Shown: positions 49,000 through 59,057, counted from the first letter of the stretch. The stretch is DNA of 63,915 bases from a virus (IMGVR_UViG_3300024251_000007:1-63915); one strand, 5' to 3'. The notes: a model not told the origin generated them from the sequence alone. Numbers and translations are program-made.

Positions 49000-49197
49000 A
49001 TGCCAACGAATCCAAAGTTCGAAAAGTTACTGACGAAATACGCTCGTGAGTGGGCACAATGTGGCCGCGATCTGGCGATGAACTTCGATGTTCCTGCGCG
49101 TGACACTATCGCCATGTGTGCTCGAGAAATGGGCATCAGCATCAAGATGTGGAATGAGATCGCAAGTTATGTGATTGCGAAAGAGCAAACCGCATGA
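49000..49197 (+). CDS. Early hypothetical protein
   Basis: AGGAGG RBS. Confidence 0.55.
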   Translation: MPTNPKFEKLLTKYAREWAQCGRDLAMNFDVPARDTIAMCAREMGISIKMWNEIASYVIAKEQTA

Positions 49198-49240
49198 AGC
49201 CTAAATTAATCCTTACGATCAGGAAAGGTAAGCGCTGGGC

Positions 49241-49474
49241 GTGGATCACAGCAAAGTGGGTGAAGCGATGACCGCCGAATCCCTCAAGCTCCTCTGCCTA
49301 CGCTGTAACCACTCCTGGCTGCGCCGCACAGACGATGCGCCCAAGTGCTGCCCTGCGTGTAAGAGCCGCTTGTGGAACGTCGAGCGCGCTCCCAAGGACT
49401 GCGGCTGCGGCCTAGGCGATAAATGCACCATGCTCCCGCATGAACGTCCAGCAATGAGCCAGCCACGCGAGTAG
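49241..49474 (+). CDS. Zinc-ribbon protein
   Basis: CLRCNHSW..PKCCPACKSRLWN. Confidence 0.6.
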   Translation: MDHSKVGEAMTAESLKLLCLRCNHSWLRRTDDAPKCCPACKSRLWNVERAPKDCGCGLGDKCTMLPHERPAMSQPRE

Positions 49475-49485
49475 GGAAAAGCGAA

Positions 49486-49749
49486 ATGAACGACAGCGAA
49501 CGTCTGGATTTTGTAGAGCAAGAATTACTAAGATACGCCAAAGAACCCATGAAAATAGTGGTGTGGGATTCAAAGGTGTTTACAGTTCATCCACTCTCGG
49601 ATCATATAGGCGGAAAGACGCTCAGAGAGGCTATTGACGCTCGGGCCGATTATGTCCCCGATAAGGGCCAGAAATGCCCTACCAAGATCCACAAAGATGG
49701 CGCTTGTTGTCCTGCGTGCGATCACATGACAGGCAAGTGCATACACTAA
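49486..49749 (+). CDS. Hypothetical phage protein
   Basis: DSERLDF..TLREAID motif, also seen in 56861..57514. Confidence 0.55.
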   Translation: MNDSERLDFVEQELLRYAKEPMKIVVWDSKVFTVHPLSDHIGGKTLREAIDARADYVPDKGQKCPTKIHKDGACCPACDHMTGKCIH

Positions 49750-50328
49750 GTAACCACAACCGGGCGCAAGCCCTAACTTGTTGAACTCTGCCGTAAGGCA
49801 GCGGGAGGAAATAAAGATGAAACCGATAACTGGCGATGAAGCCGAAGCTAAAGAAAAGACTCCGTGGGCTGTAGATTGCCCCTACTGTAAATCAAGATAT
49901 TGGAATGAGTTACGAGAAAAGAAAGAGGAAAGCAAATGAGCGAGTGCCGTTGCTGTTTTCGGAATGTGGCGAAACGTCCTCGACATGGTAAATTGCACTT
50001 TCGCCACAAATGCCCACATGGATCCTGGTGTGCCGCTGGTGAATCACCGATTGGTCTACATCAGAACTCGCCGCTCTGCCGTGAGTGCGTCAAGGTCTAT
50101 AACGCGCATTGGACCCAGCCACGCGAGGAGGGGAAAGCGAAATGACACGCCGTGAGGAAACTTGGCGCATTCGAAATACGCCTACGGTTCGATGCCCAAC
50201 TTGTAAATTAGTGCAATTACTACCGCAATCAATTCGTTGCCAGTGTGGGCAAGACTTGGCACCTTGGGAATTATGGCTAGTGGATACGCGAAAACCAGTA
50301 ACCACAACCGGGCGCAAGCCCTAACTTG
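49749..50328 (+). repeat. 32-bp exact direct repeat pair containing a GNRA hairpin
   Basis: AGTAACCACAACCGGGCGCAAGCCCTAACTTG at 49749-49780 and 50297-50328. Confidence 0.9.
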
Positions 50329-50340
50329 GAGGAAAGAAAG

Positions 50341-50718
50341 ATGAGCGATTGCGGAGTTTGCATCGGTGGTGATTGGGATAGCGACGGGATGCCGGAGTTC
50401 TACACCGTCAAGACTGTGAAGGCTCGCAAGCAGCACAAGTGCTTAGAGTGCCAGCGTCCAATAGCGGCAGGGTCGCCATATGAGCGGCAATCAGGAAAGT
50501 TCGATGGGGATATATTCTGCGATAAGATTTGCATGGATTGTGTGAACATACGCGAAGGATTGTCATGCGGAGAACCTGTATTAACTGGAACGCTTTGGGA
50601 GGAAATAGATAATGTGTTCCCGCAACTAACCACCGTCTGCATAGCCAAGGTGGAAACAGCGTCCGCCAAGGCGTATTTAGTGCAGCGGTGGCAGGAATGG
50701 AAAGGATTGACAGCATGA
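50341..50718 (+). CDS. Cys-rich phage protein
   Basis: KARKQHKCLEC..I..G..YE..CMDC. Confidence 0.65.
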   Translation: MSDCGVCIGGDWDSDGMPEFYTVKTVKARKQHKCLECQRPIAAGSPYERQSGKFDGDIFCDKICMDCVNIREGLSCGEPVLTGTLWEEIDNVFPQLTTVCIAKVETASAKAYLVQRWQEWKGLTA

Positions 50719-51059
50719 AAGGACTCTACCATGCCCAGCGCGGCCATGACGAAATCCTAAAGCCATATCTCGTATACCAGCGCAAGCAAATTCGCACTGG
50801 CGTTTGGCTTCCAATCCTGGCTTGGCTGGCATTTATCGTATGGCTAGAGTCTATTCTGTGGGCGGTGACGCGATGACCTGGAACCCTATCAGTACCGCCC
50901 CCGAAGGTGTTGTGGTGAACACCAAGATTGACGACGAAAACGGCGAACGAAATGTGCAACGCATGAAACGGCGCGGACGCCTTTGGTTCTATGCGGATGG
51001 CTCCATGTATGTGTATTACACACCAACACATTGGGCCGACCTCCATGAAGAAACACGCC

Positions 51060-51350
51060 ATGCTTAACTTCTACGCAGACGGCAACACATATGAGCCTGC
51101 GCTAGACCAGGAGCGGCTGTCCAGCCAACTAGAGCGCGTCAAGACTTTGATGCAGGATGGACGCTGGCGGACTTTGGCTGAAATCAGCGCTATTACAGGT
51201 GGGACAGAATCCAGCGTCTCGGCACGCCTCCGCGATCTTCGCAAGGATCGCTTCGGAGGCCACACAGTGAACCGTAGACGCCTCATCGGTGGCTTGTACG
51301 ATTACCAACTAGTTCTCATGGACAAAGACGGCCAGAGAAGGCTATTCTAA
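51060..51350 (+). CDS. Winged-HTH DNA-binding protein
   Basis: WRTLAEI..SVSARLRDLRK. Confidence 0.7.
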   Translation: MLNFYADGNTYEPALDQERLSSQLERVKTLMQDGRWRTLAEISAITGGTESSVSARLRDLRKDRFGGHTVNRRRLIGGLYDYQLVLMDKDGQRRLF

Positions 51351-51362
51351 TCGTGATTACAC

Positions 51363-51704
51363 TTGCCGTTAAACGCGTTAAACGATATAATAGGACTCAT
51401 GAGAGTCAATGTTTCGAGGAATCGTACCAGACGCCCAAGAGTTTCAGGCAAAAGGCTTGCATACACACCATGCGGATATTGCTTCTCACGCTGGGCTACT
51501 GTCTACGATCACATCGTCCCTTGGATAGCAGGTGGTTCAGACAGTGCGGAGAATTTATACCCATCTTGCGGAAGATGCAACAATATACTCGGCTCCATGA
51601 TATTCGATTCGCTGGAGTCCAAGCGTGAGTATGTCCGAAACTACCTCATCCAGCGTGGCAAATGGGAAGATGTGCCCGCAATGCCAGACGAATTTCAATC
51701 CTAA
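51363..51704 (+). CDS. HNH endonuclease
   Basis: CGYC..DHIVPWIAGGSD..NL..CGRCN. Confidence 0.85.
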   Translation: MPLNALNDIIGLMRVNVSRNRTRRPRVSGKRLAYTPCGYCFSRWATVYDHIVPWIAGGSDSAENLYPSCGRCNNILGSMIFDSLESKREYVRNYLIQRGKWEDVPAMPDEFQS

Positions 51705-52149
51705 GCGCCATCAAGTGTATTGTTCTGACAAGTGTCGCTGGAATGCATGGCTTCAGCGCAAGATCGAAGCTGCGAAAGACTCATAGAGCGGCACGCTTGC
51801 AGCCATCCCGCATAAGCGTGCTGCCGCATCCGCTGACAAGATGCCTTGCGCGGAAACTGGATTGCAAGCCGTTCGGCGTGGAGGTAGGCGGAGCGTGCGC
51901 CGGAGAGCGTCATCGCCCGCCCTTCATCCCATAGCGTTCATGCGCGTCGATGGGGACAGCCACAAATTCCTCGCAATACACACTTATTTCATCAAGATCC
52001 GCCATTGCCTTATTGATGATCTGCTGGGCACGTAACTCAGCTTGGGAAGAATTGAAGCAAGACAGGTGTAGCGTCCCAGTAACTTCGTAATCGACCACGA
52101 ATGCTCGTTTCTTGCTCATTATTCCTCCCCCTTCGCGCATAGCGCAGCT

Positions 52150-52890
52150 TCAATTCACCTTCGCGGGCCGTTTGGCGAGCGCCTTCTCAAAGGCCGCTAT
52201 CAGATATGCCTCACCATTCTTGATGCCATCCTGCTGCATACAGCGGTAGTGTACGTCCAGGAACACAGCGGCAGCTTGCAATGAGTCTGACTTGTACCTG
52301 AGAGCACTGGCGGCAATCTTCCCCAGAAGATCGTCTGATATTTCCTTGCCGCTTGCCTTTCTAAGATGCGTTCGCATTTCTTCCGGGAATCCGTCCGTCA
52401 AGCGCGAAGCGCGTTCCTCCGGGATAGAGGGCGGAAGGGTGGAAGGAAGATAGGTAGAAGGACGTTCTTGCACCGGGCTTGTACGGTGCAAGGTTGGTGC
52501 TGGTGTATCTTGTTGATTCTCTATTGGGTTGGTTATGTCCGGTTCTAGCACCGTACTTGCCCGGTTCTTGTCTGGTGCTGGTATGGTGCTAGGTTGTTCC
52601 TTGACATGGACGTGCTGGTGTTTTAGCCAAGTCGGGATGGAAATGTAGTTCTCGCCCTTAGTGTAGCGGACGATAAACCCGGTCTGGTGCAGGCGGCAGA
52701 GGCAGGATTCTACATCTACTTCCCGATACGGGAATACTTCAGCTTTAATCCGCGGTGGGCGATCCTCAAGGCGTCCTTCTCGGTCTGCTAGCATCCATAG
52801 GCCGACGAACAGGAGCTGATCTTGGAATGGTAATTGAGCTAGGATTTCGTTCTTAAAGAAGGCGGGCTTAATACTCCTAGTGCGTGCCAT
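52150..52890 (-). CDS. Phage replication initiator / replisome organiser
   Basis: MARTRSIKPAFF..LLFVGLWMLADREGRL..IKAEVFPY..WLKHQ. Confidence 0.8.
   Translation of the reverse strand: MARTRSIKPAFFKNEILAQLPFQDQLLFVGLWMLADREGRLEDRPPRIKAEVFPYREVDVESCLCRLHQTGFIVRYTKGENYISIPTWLKHQHVHVKEQPSTIPAPDKNRASTVLEPDITNPIENQQDTPAPTLHRTSPVQERPSTYLPSTLPPSIPEERASRLTDGFPEEMRTHLRKASGKEISDDLLGKIAASALRYKSDSLQAAAVFLDVHYRCMQQDGIKNGEAYLIAAFEKALAKRPAKVN
52467..52592. other. Putative replication origin repeats within the initiator gene
   Basis: Inverted repeats CTTGCACCG/CGGTGCAAG and CTAGCACC/GGTGCTAG plus GGTGCTGG copies around a T-rich spacer. Confidence 0.5.
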
Positions 52891-53133
52891 GTTATCCCCT
52901 CCCAGGGATGGGACCGCCGTGGGAGCGGCGGCCCCGGAACTATAGTAACCAACATCCCTATTTTACCACAGGTCGCGTTTCCACATAGCTGCAATTCTGG
53001 CAGCACCGCGCCGTTTCAGCGCCTTCCTTTGACCACAGCGGCATCTGCTGTTTTCCACAGCAAAATACACCAATCTCCCTTGCAAACTCCCGGTTGATGT
53101 TGTTCTAATACCATGCACTATTAGAGTAGCTTA

Positions 53134-53388
53134 TTACTTCAATGTTTCAAGTTCATCCCAGTCATCAAAGTCCACATAGTAAACTCCAAGCCCATAGGCT
53201 GAGCGTGACACATGTACGTTCTCATTAATCCATCCGCTTACGGGGACTTCGGTTTTTTCTCCGCGATCCCATGCCGCGCAATGTTCTCGGTGGAGCGCAC
53301 GCTCCGATTCCGTACTGCATTCTGTGTCAGGTGAGAACTCACGCGGATCTCCTCCAGGAAAATACCCATATACCGCTTCTTTAGCCAT
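53134..53388 (-). CDS. Hypothetical protein
   Basis: 84 aa, coupled. Confidence 0.5.
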   Translation of the reverse strand: MAKEAVYGYFPGGDPREFSPDTECSTESERALHREHCAAWDRGEKTEVPVSGWINENVHVSRSAYGLGVYYVDFDDWDELETLK

Positions 53389-53689
53389 GCTTCAACTCAC
53401 TTTCAAATACCGCCAGCAAGTACGCTTCGCGGTTCAAGATCCCCTCGCGCCTCTGCTTGTCGCGGAAGTCAGGGCGCATTTGCAGCTTGTAGTAGCAGTC
53501 AGCAAACACACGCCCAGCGGTCAATGGTGGCGTTTTGGCGGCAATAGCGCGATCGATAGCCCATGATAGGACGTTAACCGGGATGTCCCGCAATGACGCC
53601 ATCTCAGCCCCGCGTATGAAGCCGTCACGGTAGGCGAGCGCACCGGGGGTCGGGTAATCGGGATCGAAGGCTGTATGGGTTGTTGTCAT
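53381..53689 (-). CDS. Hypothetical protein
   Basis: ATG overlaps the upstream stop. Confidence 0.5.
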   Translation of the reverse strand: MTTTHTAFDPDYPTPGALAYRDGFIRGAEMASLRDIPVNVLSWAIDRAIAAKTPPLTAGRVFADCYYKLQMRPDFRDKQRREGILNREAYLLAVFESELKHG

Positions 53690-53988
53690 GAATTGGCGAT
53701 CTCCAGAAGAACGTCCGCGTGGCAAGGTTGTTCTAATGGGCACCAGCACATGAGATCCTTACCAGCAAGTTGTTCCTTGATGTAAGCTGCCAGCGGCGGA
53801 ATTGTCGGCGGGCCCACCTCCCGGAAGCATTTGACAGCTTCGGCCCGTGTTTCAACCCGCTTACCCAAATGGGATGACCAAACTCCAATAGCCCAGCGAT
53901 TCTGAAAAGTGGATGGCCTGCCGACGTATACTGCACCCTCTGGAGCACGCCAACCCTTGATGCGCTTACGCTGGATTCGTTTAGGCAT
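53686..53988 (-). CDS. DUF4326 protein
   Basis: PKRIQRKR..VYVGRPS..LAGKDLMCWCP..CHADVL. Confidence 0.85.
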   Translation of the reverse strand: MPKRIQRKRIKGWRAPEGAVYVGRPSTFQNRWAIGVWSSHLGKRVETRAEAVKCFREVGPPTIPPLAAYIKEQLAGKDLMCWCPLEQPCHADVLLEIANS

Positions 53989-54157
53989 CGGCATCAAAAC
54001 CACCACAATCCCAGCACGCACTAGGGTAGTATCCATCCGCATACCCCGGCGTGATAATGTCATGGCCCTTGGTCCCGTGATCGCTGCAAAAGAGCTGGCC
54101 ACAGTGCTCGCAGGTTCCGTGAGCCTCAACGTCGCAGGATGGATATTGGCAAGTCAT
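53981..54157 (-). CDS. Small zinc-finger protein
   Basis: MTCQYPSC..CEHCGQLFCSDH..CWDC; not in ORF track. Confidence 0.55.
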   Translation of the reverse strand: MTCQYPSCDVEAHGTCEHCGQLFCSDHGTKGHDIITPGYADGYYPSACWDCGGFDADA

Positions 54158-54531
54158 GCTCGGACCACACGGTAATCAGCATTCGGAAACAACGCCTTGA
54201 AAAGCTTTAACTTTAGCTTGTACTCTGGTGTTTCCCAGCCCTTTATCTCGTGGTACTCGAACGCACTCTGGCCCTGAACCACAAAATCCACAACAAACAT
54301 ACAGACCTTTACCTCGTTCACTATCAGCGGAATCCTTATCTGCCGCTCCCATCCAAGAATCTCACCTGAGGCTCTCATGCCGTCCAATTTGAACGCATAC
54401 AACGCCTCCGCCTTGCTGTCATAAACGACCCCATTGTACGTTCGATCCGCACGCGAAGCTACGTTCCGCACCCTGCCTTTGGGACGCGCTAGCAGCGCCT
54501 TAACCTCAGCAGCGGTATACCTACCGATCAT
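54154..54531 (-). CDS. DUF1064 PD-(D/E)xK nuclease
   Basis: YDSKAEA..VVDF..EIKG..YKLKLKLF. Confidence 0.85.
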   Translation of the reverse strand: MIGRYTAAEVKALLARPKGRVRNVASRADRTYNGVVYDSKAEALYAFKLDGMRASGEILGWERQIRIPLIVNEVKVCMFVVDFVVQGQSAFEYHEIKGWETPEYKLKLKLFKALFPNADYRVVRA

Positions 54532-54685
54532 CGGTAGTCCCATAACGCTAGCCACCAAGACGGCTTCGCCCGATGGCTCTGGATCACATTCCATACCTGC
54601 CACGATGGGACTATCGCACGCTTATACAGCGGCAGCGTCGGCAAAGCGGCATCTAGCAACTCGCAGCGCATCCGGTTGTGATGGT

Positions 54686-54880
54686 TCATTTGATTGGCCT
54701 TGCATCCACCAAACCGCGCCTTACCAACTCCGCAATGTATCCAGGCAGGTAATAGGAAGAATGCTTTGCGCGTTCCTTGATGACTCTGGACGTATGCCAG
54801 TCTATCTCGAATGTCATTCTTACCGTCTCTTTAGTAAAGGGCTGCTTGAGTTTATTCCGCCGTGGTCCGTTTTGTGCCAT
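54686..54880 (-). CDS. Small putative DNA-binding regulator (ribbon-helix-helix-like)
   Basis: VRMTFEI strand followed by two helices; first gene of the leftward operon. Confidence 0.4.
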   Translation of the reverse strand: MAQNGPRRNKLKQPFTKETVRMTFEIDWHTSRVIKERAKHSSYYLPGYIAELVRRGLVDARPIK

Positions 54881-54955
54881 GCCAAAGGCTACCACAGCAA
54901 AAAACAAATTGCAAATAATTCTTGCTTTTTGCAAAAACACGCCGTACTATGGGTC
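54881..54955. promoter_or_regulatory. Back-to-back promoters
   Basis: Plus: TTGCTT-N17-TACTAT. Minus: TTGCAA-N17-TAGCCT. Palindrome TTTTTGCAAAAA. Confidence 0.65.
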
Positions 54956-55222
54956 ATGCTCAACATAGAACAAAAAGCCGCACTCGAAGCGAAGGAGTTC
55001 TGCCGCGACTGCCACAAGTTCTCCAACTGGCAGGAATGCGACGACTGTTTCCGGCCATTGTGTTATGACTGCCAGCTAACTTATCACCGAGACGGTGGGC
55101 GTTACTATACGCTGTGCCATCAGCACTACACGGCGCGGATCGCGGAGGATGGGCATATTGACGACTGCGCTAGCTTTTGTGGTGAACCGTGCAACTGCTG
55201 GGTGAGCAAGGAGGAAATGTGA
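54956..55222 (+). CDS. Cys/His-rich zinc-binding protein
   Basis: Multiple CxxC pairs. Confidence 0.55.
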   Translation: MLNIEQKAALEAKEFCRDCHKFSNWQECDDCFRPLCYDCQLTYHRDGGRYYTLCHQHYTARIAEDGHIDDCASFCGEPCNCWVSKEEM

Positions 55223-56340
55223 GCACCGCATTAACAGCACCACAAGCGAATCAATGGGAAAGTCAGGAGATGGTGGAAACCATCAAGCAGACTGTATGCC
55301 GTGGGGCTACCGACGCGCAACTCAAGATGTTCATTGAGGTTTGCAAGGCTACGGGTCTTAACCCTTTCCTCAAGGAAATCTGGTTTGTCCCCAATGTCGG
55401 CGTGATGGCTGGGAGAGACGGCTACCTGCGAATCGCTAACGACCATCCCATGTTCGACGGCATGAGCACCACTGTTGAGCGTGACGCGGACGGCATCCCA
55501 ATCAAAGCAACCTGCTCCGTATGGCGCAAGGATCGCACGCACCCTATCACTTGCGAGGCATTCTACAATGAGTACCGCAAGACCTCGCAGGTTTGGCAGA
55601 CCTACAAGAGCGCCATGATCTCTAAGGTTGCCGAAGTACTGGCGCTCAAACGCTCATTCTCGATCAATGGCATTGTCACTGAGGAGGAGATCGGAGAGCA
55701 GAAGCTAGCGGCGCAGGACGCACAGCAGGACGTGGCGCAGCGTAAGATCAAGGAACTGAGCACGCCGAAGGTAACCGTAACCGCTGATGTTACGCAAAAC
55801 TGGCCTGATGGTAGGGGCGTAAACCCATCAACCATCATCGAACTTGCGGACTCGCTCGATCAACCGCCAGAGCCAACGTATGAGGATAGGTCACGCGCAC
55901 TGAAAGCAGAGGCCAAGGAAGCGCTTAAAGAATCCGACCAAGCCAAGCCACCACGCAAGCGTGGCGCTATCAGCTTCGCGGCGCTCAAGCAATGGGGTGA
56001 GATAAAAAAAGAGATTCTGGCGCTCACTGGAACCACCGATCTATACTATGAGGCGCTTAAGGCAGGCGGGTACTCACACGCCGATGAGATCAGAACGCCT
56101 GAGGATGCTGCTAAGATTTGGAAAGCTCTCAAGGCCATCACTGCGGAACTTAGCCAAGCTAAGAAGTCAAAAGCAGACGAATCATTGCTACTCGAAGCCC
56201 AGACTCATGCGCTCCGCATCGGCCCAACCTTTACAAAGCAAATCCTAGAGAAGAAGGGGCTGCTATCGGTAGAGGATATTTTGAATCTCAGTGGTGACGA
56301 TTTAGATGATTTGCTTCAGGAACTTAAAACCACAGCATGA
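55219..56340 (+). CDS. bet: RecT/Bet family single-strand annealing recombinase
   Basis: GLNPFLKEIWFV, RDGYLRIA, W..AMISKVAEVLALKRSF. Confidence 0.9.
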   Translation: MSTALTAPQANQWESQEMVETIKQTVCRGATDAQLKMFIEVCKATGLNPFLKEIWFVPNVGVMAGRDGYLRIANDHPMFDGMSTTVERDADGIPIKATCSVWRKDRTHPITCEAFYNEYRKTSQVWQTYKSAMISKVAEVLALKRSFSINGIVTEEEIGEQKLAAQDAQQDVAQRKIKELSTPKVTVTADVTQNWPDGRGVNPSTIIELADSLDQPPEPTYEDRSRALKAEAKEALKESDQAKPPRKRGAISFAALKQWGEIKKEILALTGTTDLYYEALKAGGYSHADEIRTPEDAAKIWKALKAITAELSQAKKSKADESLLLEAQTHALRIGPTFTKQILEKKGLLSVEDILNLSGDDLDDLLQELKTTA

Positions 56341-56864
56341 GCGCTAATCAATTTAGGATAGATCGAGTCGGCAAGCGCTATGGTCGCCTAGTGGTGCTTC
56401 ATCCGTACTGGAAAAACCATAGGGCAGAACTTTATTGGGCCTGCGAGTGTGATTGCGGAATGGAAACAGTTATTCGCGGAAGTAGGTTGCGGGATGGAGT
56501 AATTTCCTCCTGTGGATGCTATGCAAAAGAACAGGCTAAGATAGCCGGGATCAAGCATGGACGTTCAAGGCACTGCGAGTACAGTATTTGGAAGAAGATG
56601 ATTGCCAGATGCTATCGGCCTGACAATATCAGCTTCCATAACTATGGTGGTCGCGGTATAAAGGTCTGCAAGCGTTGGATGAAGTTCACCAACTTCCTAT
56701 CCGATATGGGGCTGAGGCCATCGCCTGACCTTACCTTGGAGCGAATCAATAACGATGGTAACTATACATCACGAAACTGCAAATGGGCTACACGCAGAGA
56801 GCAGGCGCTAAATCGCCGTCCGTGGAACTGCAATAGGCTGAAGGAGTTGAAATCCACGGCATGA
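56337..56864 (+). CDS. HNH-type homing endonuclease (same family as 31645..32268)
   Basis: GKRYGRL, CECDCG, YGGRGI, LERINNDGNY..NCKWAT. Confidence 0.85.
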   Translation: MSANQFRIDRVGKRYGRLVVLHPYWKNHRAELYWACECDCGMETVIRGSRLRDGVISSCGCYAKEQAKIAGIKHGRSRHCEYSIWKKMIARCYRPDNISFHNYGGRGIKVCKRWMKFTNFLSDMGLRPSPDLTLERINNDGNYTSRNCKWATRREQALNRRPWNCNRLKELKSTA

Positions 56865-57514
56865 ACCAAATGAAAGAGCAAGTACGCCGCGAAGAACTGG
56901 AGTCTATGCTCCAGTCATTGCCGCCAAAATACAGCGCTGCGGTGGTTGTTAAACGTCTTATTGAGTCCCACCTAGCACTCCTGGACTTGCAAGATAAGCG
57001 CCGTGATGCAATTGCAGAAGCGCTGGGTTGTCTCTCTGTAATCGCCAAAGGTGAGCACAAAGCCGTTGCTAAGGATCTTGCGGCCATTGGTATAGCAGAG
57101 ATTCACAAACTCAGTATGGGAGAAAACATTACACCACGACAGGCACTCCTGGACGAATGCGATAGCCTGCGGAAGCGACTTGCAGATGCAGAGCGTAGCG
57201 TTGAAATACTTTCAGACACCGAGACGGTTCAGGCCATTGCATCCGGCGTAGCGGACATGAATGCGGGCCGAGTAAAGCTCCTGGACTGTGTTGAAGGCGG
57301 GTGCTTGAGGGCGAACACACTTGAGCATATAGATGCTCTGCGGAAGGATAAAGCGCGGCTGGATTGGCTGGAGAGTCTGAAAGCGCCGTCTATCAGTCAG
57401 TTCGGTAATGGATGGTGGCAGTTATTCGAGAAGGGTGTTCAATACAAAGCGGCCTTTCTGCGCGAAGCCTTAGATCAGGCGATGAAAGTCCGAGCCGCAA
57501 GGGAGAGGAAATGA
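56861..57514 (+). CDS. Mosaic hypothetical protein
   Basis: Coiled coil; DKARLDWLE..LREALD. Confidence 0.55.
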   Translation: MNQMKEQVRREELESMLQSLPPKYSAAVVVKRLIESHLALLDLQDKRRDAIAEALGCLSVIAKGEHKAVAKDLAAIGIAEIHKLSMGENITPRQALLDECDSLRKRLADAERSVEILSDTETVQAIASGVADMNAGRVKLLDCVEGGCLRANTLEHIDALRKDKARLDWLESLKAPSISQFGNGWWQLFEKGVQYKAAFLREALDQAMKVRAARERK

Positions 57515-58046
57515 GTGACAAGTTTTGGGAATGGATTTTGTGGGTCAGCGTTGCGGCGGTGGGAGACGCAGTTGTTCGCCACTTCGCGCCGATGTACCCG
57601 CACCTATACCTCAACGCACTAGCGTTTGTGATCGTGCTTAACATCGGCAAGCACCTGGGGAGAATAGATAAATAAATATGCCCTTACGTGAAATTAAGAT
57701 TCGATTGACCCTGAGTCGAGATGAATGCGCTTCCTACCTCGAAGATCTGTTTGACCTGGAGTTCGTTGGCGAAGAAACCCACGATGGCCTGACTTCTGAT
57801 CAGGTTCAAAAGTTTGTGGCCAACAAAGTGGCGGATGCGATGGGGAGTTTTGAATGAGCGAGCGCCCCAGGACGAGGGAGAGGGAATGACGGGATACGAC
57901 GGAAAATGCGAAGAATTAGCCAGGTACTTTTTGGAAGACGAGGCGAGTGGGCCAAAGAAAGAAGGAGATGTGGAACGTCTCTCGCAGGCGTTGCAGAATG
58001 CTGTTGAAGATTTCTTTCTAGGCCGAGAAATGGATGCGGTGCCACG

Positions 58047-58526
58047 ATGAGCGAGTACAGCGACGAGGACTACACTTTAACGGAAACGCAGTGCGAAGAG
58101 CGCTGCGATGAGCTACGGAGCCAGTTGGATGAAGCAAACAAAATCATCGAGTCTTTGGGCCAGGAGTCCGATCACTTTTGCAAACAAGCGGATGAGTTGC
58201 GGAGCCAGGTAGCGCGGCTAGAGGGGGAGTTGGTCAACACTGTGCGCTGCCATACCTGCAAAGGAACACTGATATTTAAGCGAGTCGGCAAGAATGAGAT
58301 TGAGACCTATCACACCTGCAACCAAGCCACGTTACAGATAGCTAATCGAGAGCGTGAACTCTCGGATCAGCTCGTGGAGGTGCTAAGACGAACGGAAGGT
58401 GCATTGTACGAGTGCGGTTGCGAATCATGCGAGGCAACGCTACAGGAACTTTGCGCTGCGCTAACCAACCACGCGGCGATGAGGGCTACTACTGCTGCCC
58501 ATAGTTCGGGAACAGACCCCGCATAG
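58047..58526 (+). CDS. Coiled-coil hypothetical protein
   Basis: DELRSQ twice; CHTC. Confidence 0.55.
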   Translation: MSEYSDEDYTLTETQCEERCDELRSQLDEANKIIESLGQESDHFCKQADELRSQVARLEGELVNTVRCHTCKGTLIFKRVGKNEIETYHTCNQATLQIANRERELSDQLVEVLRRTEGALYECGCESCEATLQELCAALTNHAAMRATTAAHSSGTDPA

Positions 58527-58836
58527 CCGTCCCACCCTCGTTCTGATAGTGGTATCCGATCACATCCAACCGCTGCGCTGGCGTGAGTGATTTCCAAACG
58601 AACTTAGGCAGGCATATGTATGTCCAGCGCGGAACCCCCGCTTTCGTGCGATACCCAATAGCGTCAATCACGCGGATCGTAATTGCTACAGGATCACCCA
58701 ATAGCTTCGCCGTTACCAGCGTAGATGGCGCAGGGAAGGGATCACCCGCAACATAGTCAGTACCTAGCACCAGACCCGCTTGCTTGGCTATGTCCGTGGT
58801 GAACGCGGCTGGATTGTTATTATTGTCGGTTCTCAC
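58489..58836 (-). CDS. Hypothetical protein, possible small lysin
   Basis: RTDNNNNP resembles the RNNNP motif of lysozyme-like phage proteins; end of the lysis block. Confidence 0.35.
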   Translation of the reverse strand: MRTDNNNNPAAFTTDIAKQAGLVLGTDYVAGDPFPAPSTLVTAKLLGDPVAITIRVIDAIGYRTKAGVPRWTYICLPKFVWKSLTPAQRLDVIGYHYQNEGGTAMRGLFPNYGQQ

Positions 58837-59057
58837 GGTATCGGTTTGAAATCCGGCAACCCTTTATAGATTTCGTCCGCCGTCTTGCCAGTAGCGGCCA
58901 TCTGCGCCTTAAGAAGCCCTGAAAGCATGTTCTCGATTATCATTGCGGGAGCCGCGAACGCCGCAACCGGAGTAGGTGTTGCTGCCGCTACAGCGGTGAT
59001 AATCTCAGCCCACTTCAGGATATTGGCGGCATCAGCCTCGAATTGTGGAAGTGTCAT
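58833..59057 (-). CDS. Small hydrophobic protein
   Basis: Coupled to the lipoprotein gene. Confidence 0.5.
   Translation of the reverse strand: MTLPQFEADAANILKWAEIITAVAAATPTPVAAFAAPAMIIENMLSGLLKAQMAATGKTADEIYKGLPDFKPIP

Noticed and set aside
54434-54955. 262-aa ORF 54434..55222 as one gene
   Set aside because: The 5' part overlaps minus-strand genes and a promoter; the real start is probably 54956
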